This document shows positions 37,101 through 49,961 of a DNA stretch of 64,000 nt, piece after piece. The notes under the pieces are model-generated. The model was not told the DNA's origin. It worked only from the letters and a program-made list of their open reading frames with translations, and ran no database searches. How positions within the stretch are numbered: the stretch's first letter is position 1; each line of letters starts with the position of its first letter. Source of the stretch: Amphiscolops sp. MND2022 (Eukaryota); the NCBI GenBank assembly GCA_964187785.1, contig OZ076409.1, forward strand, positions 57,352,001 to 57,416,000, in the 5' to 3' direction. A program made the translations under genes and the position numbers.

Positions 37101-37752
37101 AAAAAGGTTTTTCCTCTTTTTCCGCGAAACATACCATACCAGGAGAGACTAAAGGGCCCCCCTTTCAGTTTTTTTGGCATTGTGAGACTTTTTGGAAATT
37201 TTTTTTCACCAATTTTTTTCACCCTTCAATTTTTTGATGTTTTGCAACAATGGATGTTAAAAAATGCAAAAGGATCTCCCTTTTAGCGTTCCAGCTCCGT
37301 CGTTTGGGTTTTTCGTGAGTTTGATATTCTTTTTGTTGGTTTGACTTTGAGTTTTTTTACACTTTCATGTCCTTTTGCTATTTTTGAACCTTAGATATGG
37401 CGCCGACTTATGCCGCTCCCGGCTTGTTATACTAACACTAACGGTCGCTTACCTTGCCAACTCTACTCCAGGCAGTAACATCTTTGACATCCTCTTCTGC
37501 CTCGGGCTGCCCTGGCTGATTAAGGCCGTGAAAGAGCCCGTAGCCATCAACAGCGGCGGGGTCATCTACATCGGATTCACTGTCATGACCACCGTGCTTG
37601 TCATAGTGGCAATCATGGCCCTCAACAAGTGGAGACTCAACAAGAAACTGGGCGTCTTTCTCCTAACACTCTATCTCGTCTTCGTCGTTTATGCCAGTCT
37701 GGTGGAAACCAACGTTTTTGGATACGTCAATCCTCCTCCGTGTAAAGCTTAG
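27952..37752 (+). CDS. NCKX: K+-dependent Na+/Ca2+ exchanger (SLC24/NCKX family), last six coding exons; 5' exons not seen in the window
   Basis: Exons 27952-28123, 33754-33931, 34496-34667, 35068-35490, 37472-37752 splice GT-AG in frame (five resolved exons; no further exon needed between them). Motifs [57 protein letters not shown] are the alpha-1/alpha-2 repeat signatures of SLC24. Confidence 0.93.
29030..31600 (+). mobile_element. Decayed non-LTR retrotransposon (LINE) fragment in an NCKX intron: ORF1-like remnant and C-terminal RT
   Basis: [35 protein letters not shown] and YG...YG motifs at 30647-31263; ORF1-like IIINNLP / ACH.LG / PVVVKF near 29230-29420; frameshifted. Confidence 0.85.
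29569..29950 (+). mobile_element. tRNA-derived SINE-like element inserted in the LINE fragment
   Basis: Head GGGGAGCAAGGCCTAGTGGTTAGAGC (A box) and GGTTCGAATC (B box); its 3' segment 29868-29938 recurs inverted at ~27720-27792. Confidence 0.65.
32154..33647 (+). mobile_element. Degenerate solo LTR related to element B, in an NCKX intron
   Basis: Starts TATCGCAGGCTGCCGCCTGCGACGGGA (cf. 52163), holds the gag N-terminus [22 protein letters not shown], ends CAAAATCGCAACA with no PBS after it; no clean TSD. Confidence 0.85.
33754..33931 (+). CDS. NCKX: NCKX exon
   Basis: tttcag|GTACGAG...ACCCAG|gtgatt; [20 protein letters not shown]. Confidence 0.88.
34496..34667 (+). CDS. NCKX: NCKX exon (cytoplasmic loop)
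   Basis: cccag|GGCTCG...CACAAG|gtcagc; phases match both neighbours; little sequence conservation. Confidence 0.65.
35068..35490 (+). CDS. NCKX: NCKX exon (alpha-2 repeat)
   Basis: ttttcag|CTGAT...CCATAG|gtagtt; [24 protein letters not shown]. Confidence 0.92.
36945..37428 (-). repeat. Uninterrupted Helentron/HINE-like repeat copy
   Basis: TTTTTAGTCGGCGCTTCATGAAGTGAAACGCG ... GGCGCCGACTTATGCCGCTCCCGGCTTGTT; reverse complement of the repeat split by element A. Confidence 0.7.
37472..37752 (+). CDS. NCKX: NCKX terminal coding exon
   Basis: ctccag|[22 protein letters not shown]...WRLNKKLG...PPPCKA*; AATAAA at 38063-38068. Confidence 0.92.
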
Positions 37753-38296
37753 AGATGAAATGTTGCTTCTAGGATTTACACCAAAATTTAGTGGCTGATA
37801 TCAAAACATTTAATACTGTGTTAACATGTGGAAGTTTCTATTCATGAAACTATAAAAGACATCAATCATGATAATGTAGCATTCCTAGTGAGAAATAATC
37901 TTTCATTTTTGAATATCGATGTAAATTTTCGTTCCATTCAAGAAAATATAGTTCGCATAACAAGTTCCTCACCACATTTTAACTGCCATCTAATACATTT
38001 TTAATTTTTTTTTTCACCTCAGAAATATATACCTTGGATCTCTTAGCGAAAAGTTTTAACTGAATAAACCGAAACCCTCAACGTTTGAAACTACTACACT
38101 CTAACGGAAACAATTTAACCCTGAACGGTTTGCAGTATATATTCTAGGACCGAATATGTTGTGACAGGATGCCCTATAACCGACCACGTTTTTAGTCGGC
38201 GCTTTTCCGAAGAAAAGTGTCCGACTCATATAGTGGGTAGTTTTTCTCTCAATTGACTCTGAATGGTCCACTTTTTTGTTCATTAGTTCAAACATT

Positions 38297-38465
38297 TTCA
38301 AAGTCTTCAAAGTTCGGATATAACGTTTCAAAGTTCGGATATAACGTTTTCAAAGTTCGGATGTAACGTTTTCAAAATTCGGATGTAACGGTTTCAAAGT
38401 TCGGATAAAACGTTTTCAAAGTTCCGATATGACGTTTTCAAACTTCGGATGTAACGTTCGGATAA
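38297..38465. repeat. Minisatellite, ~22-23-bp unit TTTCAAAGTTCGGATRTAACG
   Basis: About 7 directly visible tandem copies. Confidence 0.9.
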
Positions 38466-39649
38466 ATCTAACAAAAACAAGTGAAAAGTTGAATGATCTT
38501 GACGAGATTGTTGTAACATTGTGTTGCACTTCCATTGGATAGAGATAGTAATGTAGAACTAGACTTCCGAATTTAGGAAATACATAATGAATATGGTTGA
38601 CGTTATCCACAATAGAAAGTAGGCGAAAACACGCACCAGACGCGCGGAGATTTTGAGAGAGTGTAGCACACCATATTAGATGGAACTCAATTAAAAGGAG
38701 GTAACAGACTCAAAAAATTGAGCAAAAAGGAAAAGAAAGTGAACGTGAGTTCAATACCCGCACTAAGCCTTTTTTTGTCGGCAAAGGGTGAGTAAAGACC
38801 TATGGGTTCCTCCTGCTGTATACTAAGGCTAAGAATAAGAAAGAGTTTATGAAAGGTTAAACATCTTGTTTTGCTGGTATTATACAAAACTATCTACACA
38901 AAAGTACGTATAATGAGTTTCAATCTCTAAACGTTGTTTGTCTACAGTACGGCAGGTCTGTCTGAGCCAAAGCTTGGCAGAGGTTAATAACGGATGAACC
39001 GTATAACCATTCTACCTTGTCTCTCCTCCCCGGGCGTTCCCTGGAATGCAGAAGTTACAGGTGTCATCTTTTCGAGTAGGATGTCTGCAGGTTTCTGTAT
39101 GAACAGTGGTTGCGGGGTTCCTTTAGTACGGTTCCAAATAACGAATCAGAATAATTAGTCACATCCAAAAGTTTCTGGTATGGTAGGCTACCGTATCTCT
39201 TCAATTCATGTAGTTTTTGTTGTGACCGTCTAATGTTCATTTCAAAAATCTCCGCCTGTTGAATGGCCCTGTGGTAGTGATATTAGACATCATTCTCTGG
39301 GTATGTTCCAATCGGATGTGTCATACGCCTTCCCAGAATCTTCCGGCGACTCTTCGTTTGCGTCGTCTTCTCTTATCTTCCGAATCCGGCCTTTTCTCAA
39401 ACTTGACAGTCTTGAGTTTCCCGTACAGAATATTTCTCAAAAATTTATCCCATCGCCAGTACTTTCCGTCAAAGCACAGTTAGCAATGGCGTTCTGTTTT
39501 ACGATATCTCATGCTACTGTTAGTACTGGTTCCCATCGGCTTTTCCTTTCACTCTAAAATGAAGGACCCAAAAAAAATTCTGTGCGTTTTTTTTTCCAAA
39601 TTCTGCCATAACTCCACTCTTCACTTCACTCTTCTCTACACTCTCTCAC

Positions 39650-39945
39650 CAAGTTACTCGACTATTTTTTAGTTACTTGACTATTTTACAAAATAGTCAA
39701 GTAACTAAAACAGCTTACACGGGGGAATAATATCTAATGTCAAAAATGGGAATAAGATCTAACCTTTAGTTGTTTTAGTTACTCTAAGCTGTTTTAGTGA
39801 CTTGACTATTTTATCCCTTTAGATATTATTCCCGTCCTGAAATTTTAGATCTTATTACCTTGAAGGGAATAAGATCTAAAATTTCAGGACGGAAATAATA
39901 TCTAAAGGGAAAAAGATCTAAAATCACTAAATTTTAGATCTTATA
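39650..39945. repeat. Cluster of nested inverted repeats (foldback-like remnant)
   Basis: TTTTAGTTACTTGACTATTTT/AAAATAGTCAAGTAACTAAAA and a ~90-bp hairpin CCTTTAGATATTATT...AATAATATCTAAAGG. Confidence 0.75.
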
Positions 39946-41290
39946 GTTTAAATTCTATTCTCCCCTCCCAAATTCCCAAAAAAGATAACTCAGACCAATT
40001 GGAAAAAATTTTTTGTTTTGAAAAGATTTGGGTATTCAGTTTTGTTTTCTGCTGTGATGTAGTTCAAAAAGAGGTTTCACTCAACCAGTAAGAATGGCAA
40101 ATCGCGTGACTCTCAGTGCACAGTATAGACCTTTGTGCAGAACTTATCCATTTTTCGATTTGTTGCACTTGGCCGAAAATCTCTGAGGGTGCTTTCTGTG
40201 CTCGTAAAACGCTTTTTGTTTCTGCAAAACTCAAAAGGGCCCTCCTGTTTTAAAAAATATGAGAATAAAAGTTGCATAATGTCGAAAGAATCCTAATGGG
40301 GACCCAAGCATAGAAAATTTTCGTCTAATGCGGGATTGGAACCCACATGCTTCCCAAGCCTCGACATCAGACAGAGAAACGCTGATTGACTCTGGGCCAA
40401 CAGGGCAAGTTACATATGAATTGGCGTAATAAAAGTTATGACAGAAACTTGGGGCGGAAATGCAAACAAGACGGGAATGTCTCAAGTGGGCGCCCTGCTT
40501 AAGGCTCAAAAACCGCAAAGTTCTAAAAACATGCTCAGGGCATTCTTGAGTAAAATCTATCATCCATGTGAGTAATAAACAAGTGGAAGCTCGGTGGTAC
40601 TAAGTTACCGCCAAGGAATGTTTAGAAATGTGCCAGTCACAAGCCAAACCAGCATTGCACTACTAAACTTCTACACAAGCAAAAATCTACTACAAGACAA
40701 ACCATTGTGCTTTCTAATTTGAGTGTGTTCAAAACGTAGGCAGATCGGTGATCCTAGTCATGATTCTAGTGTTTCAAGCAGAAAGCGTTGAATGCAGAAA
40801 ACTAAATTCATTGTTCATTAGCCAGAAAAGGGATTAACTGTCAATCGTAGCGAAAAATTCAAGAAACAAAGTGTATCAAACATAGAAGAAAAAAAATAAT
40901 AAACAAATTGAGAAGAGAAATTGAATCAAGAACAACATAAAATCAAGAATTGCGATTGGAATTTAATTGTCTGCATATTTCGGTCATACTGAGTTAATAC
41001 TGACGGATACTGAGACTTCCACTCACATAAGAATTCCTAATCCGGGTGATTCGATCATTGTATTCTCGATAAAGTTTTTTTTGAGGAGCAGGGCGTTCTC
41101 CTAGAATATGTCGAATTTAGACTTTTTGTAAGTTAAAACCGCGTGCCTGTGATTCAACGATGGTTCGTTAAATATTCGAGGATTTGAGAATTAGCACGCA
41201 ATTTGATTGACAACTTTTCTGAAAGTGAGTCCTGAATTGAGTTCAACGTTCAACCAATCAGGGCGCTTGTTGCTCGTTTCTGGTTATTGA

Positions 41291-42141
41291 CCCAGTGTTA
41301 GAAGCCTTGGAACCCTTGCCATGATCATGGTAAATCTTGCTAAATCATGGTTAACCATGGTACCCTTGTCAAGATCATGGCACGATCATGGCAAGATCTT
41401 GACAAGATAACCATAGTAAGACATGTAAGCTGGTATTAATTGTGCATAATTTATTCTTTTCGCAAAAATTCCTTGTCGTCTGCAATTTCTGAATTAGCCA
41501 TTGTGATAACTTCGGACATAACATTTATTGATCGAAAATAGTTTTCTAATAGAAAATTATCCAAAACTTGCTCAATAATTTGGTGCACCTACTGACCGAG
41601 TTTTGCTACTTGAGAGCACGGCATTGTTACTACTATCATAAATTATCATACAAAGCAAACTCCGAATCAAGTTATTGCAACTTGCGTGTTCGCGATATCG
41701 CTGTGAAAACCAACTTTTCTAGCTATGATTTTTTTACATTTATGCAAATCATGGTATTACCTTATCTTTTGAGGTAACAGGTTCTAATTACTGAAGTTCG
41801 AGAATGCAATAAAAACTTATAATGGTCGGAGCAAAAACATTTTTCCTTTAATGTCTTTGAGTATCAGTTTTTCTTCTGTTTAACCCTATACACGTGTGTT
41901 TTTTGGTCCGAATACATTTTTAGATACTAGTTACAATTTGAAAATAAGAGCTCTGAATTTTCCAAAAGTTTCGCTAATGGTACCATGGAACCCTTCCCAA
42001 GATCATGGTTAATCATGGTTAGCCTCTGCACGATCTTGCACGGCCATGGTATCCTTGCCAAGATCATGGCAAGATCTTGGCACGGCTAGCAAGGAGCTTG
42101 CCATGGATCTTGGCAAGGGTACCATGGCTTCGAACACTGGG
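41291..42141. mobile_element. Non-autonomous DNA transposon (MITE), copy 1
   Basis: ~30-bp TIR CCCAGTGTTCGAAGCCATGGWACCCTTGCCA, subterminal CCATGG/AGATC repeats, near-identical copy at 43789-44633. Confidence 0.85.
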
Positions 42142-43788
42142 GAGCCGTACAATTTGATTTCTGCATGCAACGTTTTCTCTTCAGTGAACGGACACCATGC
42201 CAGAGCCAACACACATGCAGAGATGAACAGTCGGTCGATTTTTCATTTATTCAAAATTATTAAACAGTCGGTCTAAGTCAAAACTTGTTGTATGAGCTAA
42301 TTTTTGTTTTACAAAACGCCAAAGTTCAAGCTGAAAACTTGAAACTTTTGCATTTGCTTACCACGAAAACTATCAGAAGTGAAACGAAACTATCTCCTTA
42401 CAGGACAGATATTCATTCCTTGAAAAATATTGTCCTCCAACAATACTCATACATTTGTTGTGAAACTGGGACTCGAACGTGTGAAGTCATGACACCCACT
42501 GGGCCCCATTGTAGACGTCAGGTGACTTCCGCGTAAGACAGTTAGGTTATTCTATTTTGAACAAAAATTTCGCATGAAGAATCGTTAGAAATATTCGATC
42601 ACGTTGGATAAGTATCCCGTTTTCCTGTATAAGTGATTGACGAAACAAGACACGAATCTTATGAAACATGCTCACCTTCAAGGGTACTAAACGTTCACTA
42701 ACAATTGCCAGCCATATGTACTGATGAAAGAATCTGAATGTAAAGTCAATCTTGAACATTAAGACTTGAACTAATTGGCAAAAATCAAAACAAGGGTACT
42801 TAATCAGAATTTTTTTCCATGGAAACTCCGTCACCTACTGAGAAAAAGCACCTCCAACAACATTTACCTTTCAGTAATGCGTCAAAATTGGAGCAAAAGC
42901 ACAAGTCCGCTTTTAGAAAATGTTGAAAAACGCTTTACCGCTGAACCAGCAACAAATAACAATTCTGTGGAAACGAAAGTGTATCCCCACCCATGTTGAG
43001 CACTGCCTGCGAATCTGTACAGATCTGTGCAGATCCTGACAGATATTCCAGGATTGTTGGAAAATTGCCTAGTCGTAAGTTCAGTTTTTGAAATTGAAAT
43101 TAGTTGAATAAAAAATGCTCTACGAAAGAAACACGCCTCTTATTTGAAGTTTAAAAAAGTTTCTGTGCGAATCTGTATAGATCTGTACATATCATTGCAG
43201 ATATTCCAGGATTTGTTAAAAAGTAACCATACGAAAATGACCAATGAAATACTATAACGTTTTCTGAAATTCCAGCAATTATTAAAACTACTCCAGGAAA
43301 CCATGTTCACGAAACAACCACAGCACTTTAGCAATACCTCTACCAACCCAGAAAGTTGCCACGTGTCAAATTCCATCCGCCGAATTGAAGTCAATATGGC
43401 AAACGAGCCTCTCAAAGTTGAAGAACCACGTCTGGAAAGTTCAAGTGAAATACATTACCGTGTGTAACCAACTCCGAACATTCACCAGACACCAAAATTA
43501 CCGTGATAGGGGCAAAATGTCCTGCTCAAGAATTTTGAGTTACGGAGAGTTTCAACTGGTTGAGCCTTGGTATACTTTTTGAACAAGCCCAAAAATGAAA
43601 TGCATAGTTTCACTAGAAGGTCCGGAAATAATTTTCCTGAGAAATCTGTACAGAAAATCTTTGAACATCTGTAAAGATCCTTGCAGATCTGCAGTTGTCC
43701 TTACGTAGCAGTGGCACAATTTTCATAAATCCTCAAGGAAAATTGGCGCACAGATCTTTACAGATTCTCAAGGAAAGCTCAACATGGA

Positions 43789-44633
43789 CAGTGTTCGAAG
43801 CCATGGAACCCTTGCCATGATCATAGTAATTTTTGCTAAATCATGGTTAACCGTGGTCCCCATGTCAAGATCATGGCAAATCATGATACATGGAACGCTT
43901 GTCAAGATCATGGCAAGATCTTGGCAAGATAACCATGGTAAGACATGTAAGCTGGTATTAATTGTACATAATTTATTCTTTTCGCAAAAATTCCTTGTCG
44001 TCTGCAATTTCTGAATTAGCCATTGTAATAACTTCGGACATAACATTTATTGATCGAAAATAGTTTTTTAATTGAGAATTATCCAAAGTTTGTTCAATAA
44101 TTTTCTGCACCTACTGACCTAGTTTTGTTACTTGAGATCACGGCATTGTTACTACTATCAAAAATTATCATACGAAGCAAACTCCGATTCAAGTTATTGC
44201 GTGTTCGCGATATCGGTGTGAAAACCAACTTTTCTAGCTATGATTTGTTTACAATTATGCAAATCATGCTTTTACGTTATCTATTGAGGTAACAGGTTCT
44301 AATTACTGAAGTTCGAGAATGCAATAAAAACTTATAATGGTCGAAGCAAAAACATTTTTCCTTTAATGTCTTTGAGTATCAGTTTTTCTTCTGTTCAACC
44401 CTATACATGTCTGTTTTTTGGTCCGAATACATTTTTAGATACTAGTTACAATTTGAAAATAAGAGCTCTGAATTTTCCAAAAATTTCGCTAATGGTACCA
44501 TGGAACCCTTCCCAAGATCATGGTTAATCATGGTTAGCCTTTGCACAATCTTGCATGGCCATGGTATCTTGGCAAGGCTCGCAAGGAACTTGCCATGCAT
44601 CTTGGCAAGGGTACCATGGCTTCGAACACTTGG
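43789..44633. mobile_element. Non-autonomous DNA transposon (MITE), copy 2
   Basis: Same TIRs and internal sequence as 41291-42141, same orientation. Confidence 0.85.
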
Positions 44634-46983
44634 TCTACACGGAACGAGTTACGATATAGAACCAGACAGCTCGACTGACTTGATTTTATTTACTTTTTGT
44701 ACAGAAACCTAATTGAAGAACAAACAAGAACGAGTTAATGTCAATTCTCTGTTAGAATAATACGTGATTCCCACTGGCTGGGCATAAACAAACAATCGCT
44801 GCGATGTCATCACGATGAGGTGCTAATGGAACTAAGAAACAAGACGGGAACATCTGAAGTCAGCGTTATACCTACGGCTCTGAAATTGCAAACGTTTTGA
44901 AACATGCTCAGGACCTTTTTACTGGAAAGTTCACTAAAAAGTTTCGAAGCTCCCAAAGGGTGCCTTTTGTGCCTGGAAAACGCTTCAGAAAGTAGAAGAT
45001 AACGTTAGGATATAACTCCCATAGACAAATGTGAGCGGTTGTTCTTGAACCTCCGCCTCTTCCTTGGTAAACGCAATATAGTTCGGAGATCAGGTCAAAA
45101 AATCCGATATAGCGCTTTACTTAGGAAAACCTAATGTGAGACAAAAATTGAGAATTTTGAAGAGTCTCGTAGCGCCGAAAAATCTAAAAGAGGGATTTTT
45201 CAACATCCATTCTGTTGCAAAAAAGCAAGAAATATGAAGGTGGGACCTTTTGGTGAAATTTGAAAAGTCTTGGGAAAAACGTTTGACAGCAGAAATAGGA
45301 GCGGCGAAAGTCTCATAGTGCCGAGCAATTGGAAAGGGGGCCCTTCTGCTCAGCAATTGGTTTGTACTTCATATTAGAGGCTTTGAATGCGTTCAAAATC
45401 AAGTACTAAGCACTTATGGTAAAAATGCATAATGCACAAAAGGTGGTACATACAGGGTGAGCTCTTTGGTCTGACGGAAAAACAACAAGACGGGAACGTC
45501 CAAAGTTTGCGCTATATCTCGGGCTCAAGAAGCGAATTTTTTAAAATATGCGTAGAACGTTTTCATGATAAACTCCTGTCTTCGAACCTCTGCTTCCTCC
45601 TTAGTAAAACGCAATGTAGTTCGGATATAACGCCCAAAATTCAAACATTGCGCTTCAATTCGGGTATTACGAGGAGGACTTCAATAAATTAGAAGCGGGC
45701 CCCTTTGGAGACACAACAATTCGAAAAAAGTCGCAAAATGCCGAAAAAAAGTTGAAGGGGGACCCTTTAGCCTCGTCAAGTTTTGCAAATGCACGAACAA
45801 AATTCTGGCTGAATCAGGAACTCGAACCCGCGACCAGCCAAACCGAAAATTCTTTTTACTGAAAAGTGGATTTCATGTTTTCATGATTCTCAAAATAATT
45901 TAGCTTTCCATACCAATACAAAATTCAACCAAAACGCTCCAGTGGTCAATAACAGCTGCTATGGTTTACAACGCTTTGAAATTGACAATCAGTTTTGCGG
46001 ACAAGCTCGTCTCAGTGACATAAAAAAGCATTCGATTCTATCCTACCATCCACCATCGAAATTGTTCAATTATGGGTTCAGAGGTCCGGTTCACAACAGG
46101 ACATGAAGACATGGAACAAACATACCAGTTTGTGTCAACGAATGAGGAATGAAGTAAAAAAACCATTTCAACTGGGGCTCTCCCAAGGTTTAAAAATAGG
46201 TACGTTTTGTCATGATTTATAAAAAATTTCTCACCAAAAGTGTTCAAGTCAAAAATCACAAACTTCGCTATATTAACCCATGAAACTTCTGTATTGAAAC
46301 GTTTCAGCGCGATAATGTTATGAAACAAACAGAATTAATCCAATCATTGACTAATATCTTTCAAAAATTGTCAATGAAGTTCGGTTGGTAGCCAAATCAA
46401 AAAAGCATACAACTGGTTGAAAACCCTCGATCTAATGGTCACTGGTTTCATGACATAGAGTACTTTTATGATAACGTAATATGAAAGTTGTCAATTAAAT
46501 GCGACTGACAATGCAGAAGTGCTGAGTTTGTTTTATTAGGTGATGAGCGTTTCATTGTGATGTTTCACTGTACACTAAAGTCTTCATGCTCTATCGACAG
46601 AGACAAGAAGTTTTAAGACTCGTTCTCTCTTCAAAGTTGATAGCCTTTATCTATTGTGTACACCAAATTTTCTGGGACAAAAATGAAAAGTAGAAATAGC
46701 TAATTTTGCGCAAAAAACTAATGACTTTCGATTAAATCGACTTTTTCTTCCTTCACAAAAAGTCACAAACATGTATGTCTTCATATTGTCTTATCAACTG
46801 AGTTTGTGAAATGCCAGTCTTTTTTTGTAAGGAAGTCTTCATGACTGACATTAGAACTCAAAAAGATGAGGAACAAAATGTTTTTCTTAATTCAAAATTG
46901 AACAAAATTTTCTAGCAGAGCATAATTCATTCGCAAATAATGAAAATGATTCAAAAACCAGCAGAAAAGATTAATTGGTTAAC

Positions 46984-47113
46984 TCGGACAATGCCGCTTT
47001 TTAATACGTATGAAATTGGTTGTTAGTTGCCTTCTATGTTCTTAGTTATAACTAAGAACATAGAAGGCAACTAACAACCAATTTCATACGCATTGAAAAG
47101 CGGCATTGTCCGA
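46984..47113. repeat. ~130-bp near-perfect palindrome without spacer
   Basis: TCGGACAATGCCGC...CTTAGTTA|TAACTAAG...GCGGCATTGTCCGA. Confidence 0.9.
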
Positions 47114-47796
47114 CTAATTATAATCAGTCGTGAGAAATCATTTTTTTCGTTAGTAGGAAAACTTCCCTATAATGTTTGTAGCCTTCGCACTTTTCGATAA
47201 CTAACTTTCTTCCCTAACTTTTTTTCCTTAAAAATGAACAGCCAAAGACTCTTGTAATTCCGTCGAAACAAGATTTTTAAAGTGTTTTTTCTCATTTTAT
47301 TTTTTACAATCCATGAATTGTTTGTAGAGAACTCTGATAATACAACCAAATTACATGTTTGCTGTTTGTGATGCACCATGGTCGAGTACTTCGAGCGTTT
47401 GCTTTCATCTAGCTCGATTTGAGGCAGGCTGAAGTTTACCGTTATTATCAAACCCTGAGGATATACTTTTAGCCATCCAAATACATTTGTAATAGTTGGG
47501 TAATTTAATCTTCTTATATAATGTGATTTGTTTCCCCCACCTGCTTGTAGTGTGGTTGTACAATGATACCGCGTCTTCACTTTAACAATGCAAACCAGTA
47601 GAAGGACTGAGATTCATTCAAAACTGACGTATGCCCACAACTTGGCCGATATAACTTGATTTTCGAAGCCGGATTGTCATCCAATTTTTGCTGAAATTTT
47701 CAATTTCGACTCTAACATCCAATGCAAGTGTTTTCATGAAACTATTAAAACTATTAGAGAGAGGGCGGTACAGGTGTTGTTTTCTCTCGATACTCG

Positions 47797-48092
47797 TTTT
47801 TAGTCGGCGCTTTTCGTAGAAAACGCAGACTATAGCAGTGATCTTTTTTTCTTTTTTGAATACCAACGAAGTGACAGATTTTATAAGTTTTATAAGCTGG
47901 CTTGCACTAACACTAACTATGCGACTTACCGAGGACCAAAAAAAATTGAAAAAAAAGTTCGAAAAAAAATCGGATTTTTTTTCAATTTTTCCCCACGCGG
48001 GTACTGTAGAAGAGAATACTTTACACTTTGAAGTCCTTTTGCTATTTTTGAGTCCTAGATATTGCGCCGACTTGGGCCGTTCCCGGCTTGTT
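47797..48092 (-). repeat. Short Helentron/HINE-like repeat copy
   Basis: TTTTTAGTCGGCGC ... GCGCCGACTTGGGCCGTTCCCGGCTTGTT termini. Confidence 0.65.
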
Positions 48093-49961
48093 CATCTTAA
48101 TATGACAAAAATATTCGAGTTTTATACTTCCATTGAATTGTTGTACAAATTTTGATTGTTTCTAAAATAACTAGGGGGTTTTTGTTAGGGGTTCTAAAAT
48201 AACTAGGGAGAAATCCGGAGTTTTTGTTCAAAATTCAAGCGTGGCAGTTTGCCTTTCTGAATTTACAAGCAGTTCGACAAATGGTTAGAAGATAAGTTTC
48301 TGAAACAGAAGAACGTGGTTCGGGATCTCTCTACTGTCCATTTTTCTGCATATACAAATCCCACATCGCAAATCGGATCCTTTTTATCGCGTTCGTGTCT
48401 ATCGAAAAAAAAACGAAGAAAGAACGCCCGCTCATTTTGACACCTTTTGATTTCTTTTTAATCATTTTTTGACCAAAAAATTAAGTGTTAATGCGAAACA
48501 AGGATCCAAAATAGCATCCTAAACAAATACCAACGAGAAAACTCCAAGAAACGCACTGTAAAAGGAAATAACGTTTGTAAGTTGAATTCTTTGCCACGTT
48601 CAGGTTCTTTTTAGGCAATGTTCTCAAAATAGAATAATGTTGCTCGCACAAACTGTTCAAAAACTCAATGATTTGTTGCTGGCTATACTGTGAACAGAAT
48701 TCTGTGGCTATTGTTTTCACGAAACAATCCTAAATTTCTACATAAAATGCATAAAACTGTCGAAAGACAATGTTTCGACACGTATGACGCATTTGACGCA
48801 TTTGAAGCATTTTAAAAACGAAATTGTTTTTAAGAAATTGCCTCAAATGCCAACTCTTTGTATGTAGGCTCACAAAAACAATCAATATTTGTATCAAAAC
48901 TACAAATAACGTTCGATGATTGGAAAAACTGACCACTTTTGATTTAATTGTAGGATTTAATTGTTTTTGTGAACAAAACTGTAATTTTATCACCGAAAAA
49001 GTGAAATAAACACCGTTTTTTGAGAAATTTTTTGCTTTGGCTTTTTGAAAGTTCGGATGAAAGTTTTAGAAATGACTTCGGATTTCTCTCCTTCAAAGCG
49101 TACTAGAGAGCCAGAAAGTTTTTTTCAGTGTCAATTTGATGCGTTTTCCTATCAAAAACTGCAAAATTTTTCCTCGCTTGACAGCTAGTCATCTGGTTAT
49201 CCTCGACGGTGATATCATCCCCAAAAGAGGACAGTGATTTTTTCGCAATCGATGAAAAATTACGAAACACTAAAAGCATCGAAAAAAATGTGTCTTTCTG
49301 ATCGACAACCTAATGGACTTACTGGGGTGAGTTGTTATTTATGTCAATATAGTTTTAGTCCAGCCACCGGCAAAAAAGTAACTGGAAAAACCCAAAAATT
49401 TGTTTTTGAAAATTGCAATTCAATTAATTTACTTTTGTTCTCAGAAACTGAGCAACTAAATGCTAAGCTGCTGTCCCACTCCAGTAACACAGTAGGCCAC
49501 CATTGAAACCACATTTGGATGTTTCTTCGTCAATTTTTGTCGATATTTTCAACTCCTCAGTGTATTGTCGAGGTTAAAGCGACAACTCATATTGAACGAA
49601 TACTCATATCAAAGCGGCACATCATGACAAGTATGTAAATAGTTTACTGAAGATGTAGAAATATTTGACAATTTTATGCATTCTACCAAAATCGTTTTCT
49701 CCGCAAATTTTTTTTACTCAAGGCGTGGTAAAGAAACATTTGTCGAAGGCAAAGATAATTACAAAAAAACTTCGTCCCGAATTGTAATTTCTACCCTACT
49801 CGAGATTGCTTGAAATTTTCACATGTTGCATAGGAAAACGACAGCCAGTTTTTTTTACAAAACATGGAAAATTCAGGTAGCAGACGTTGACAATTTTTGT
49901 TCGATTACAAACCAAATGCTTGTCGGTTGAACAATTATATAAATATATACTTTAAATATAT

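Noticed and set aside
38100..49900. Many short ORFs of 60-137 aa
   Set aside because: No recognisable domains or splice-consistent structure; they overlap MITEs and AT-rich repeats.
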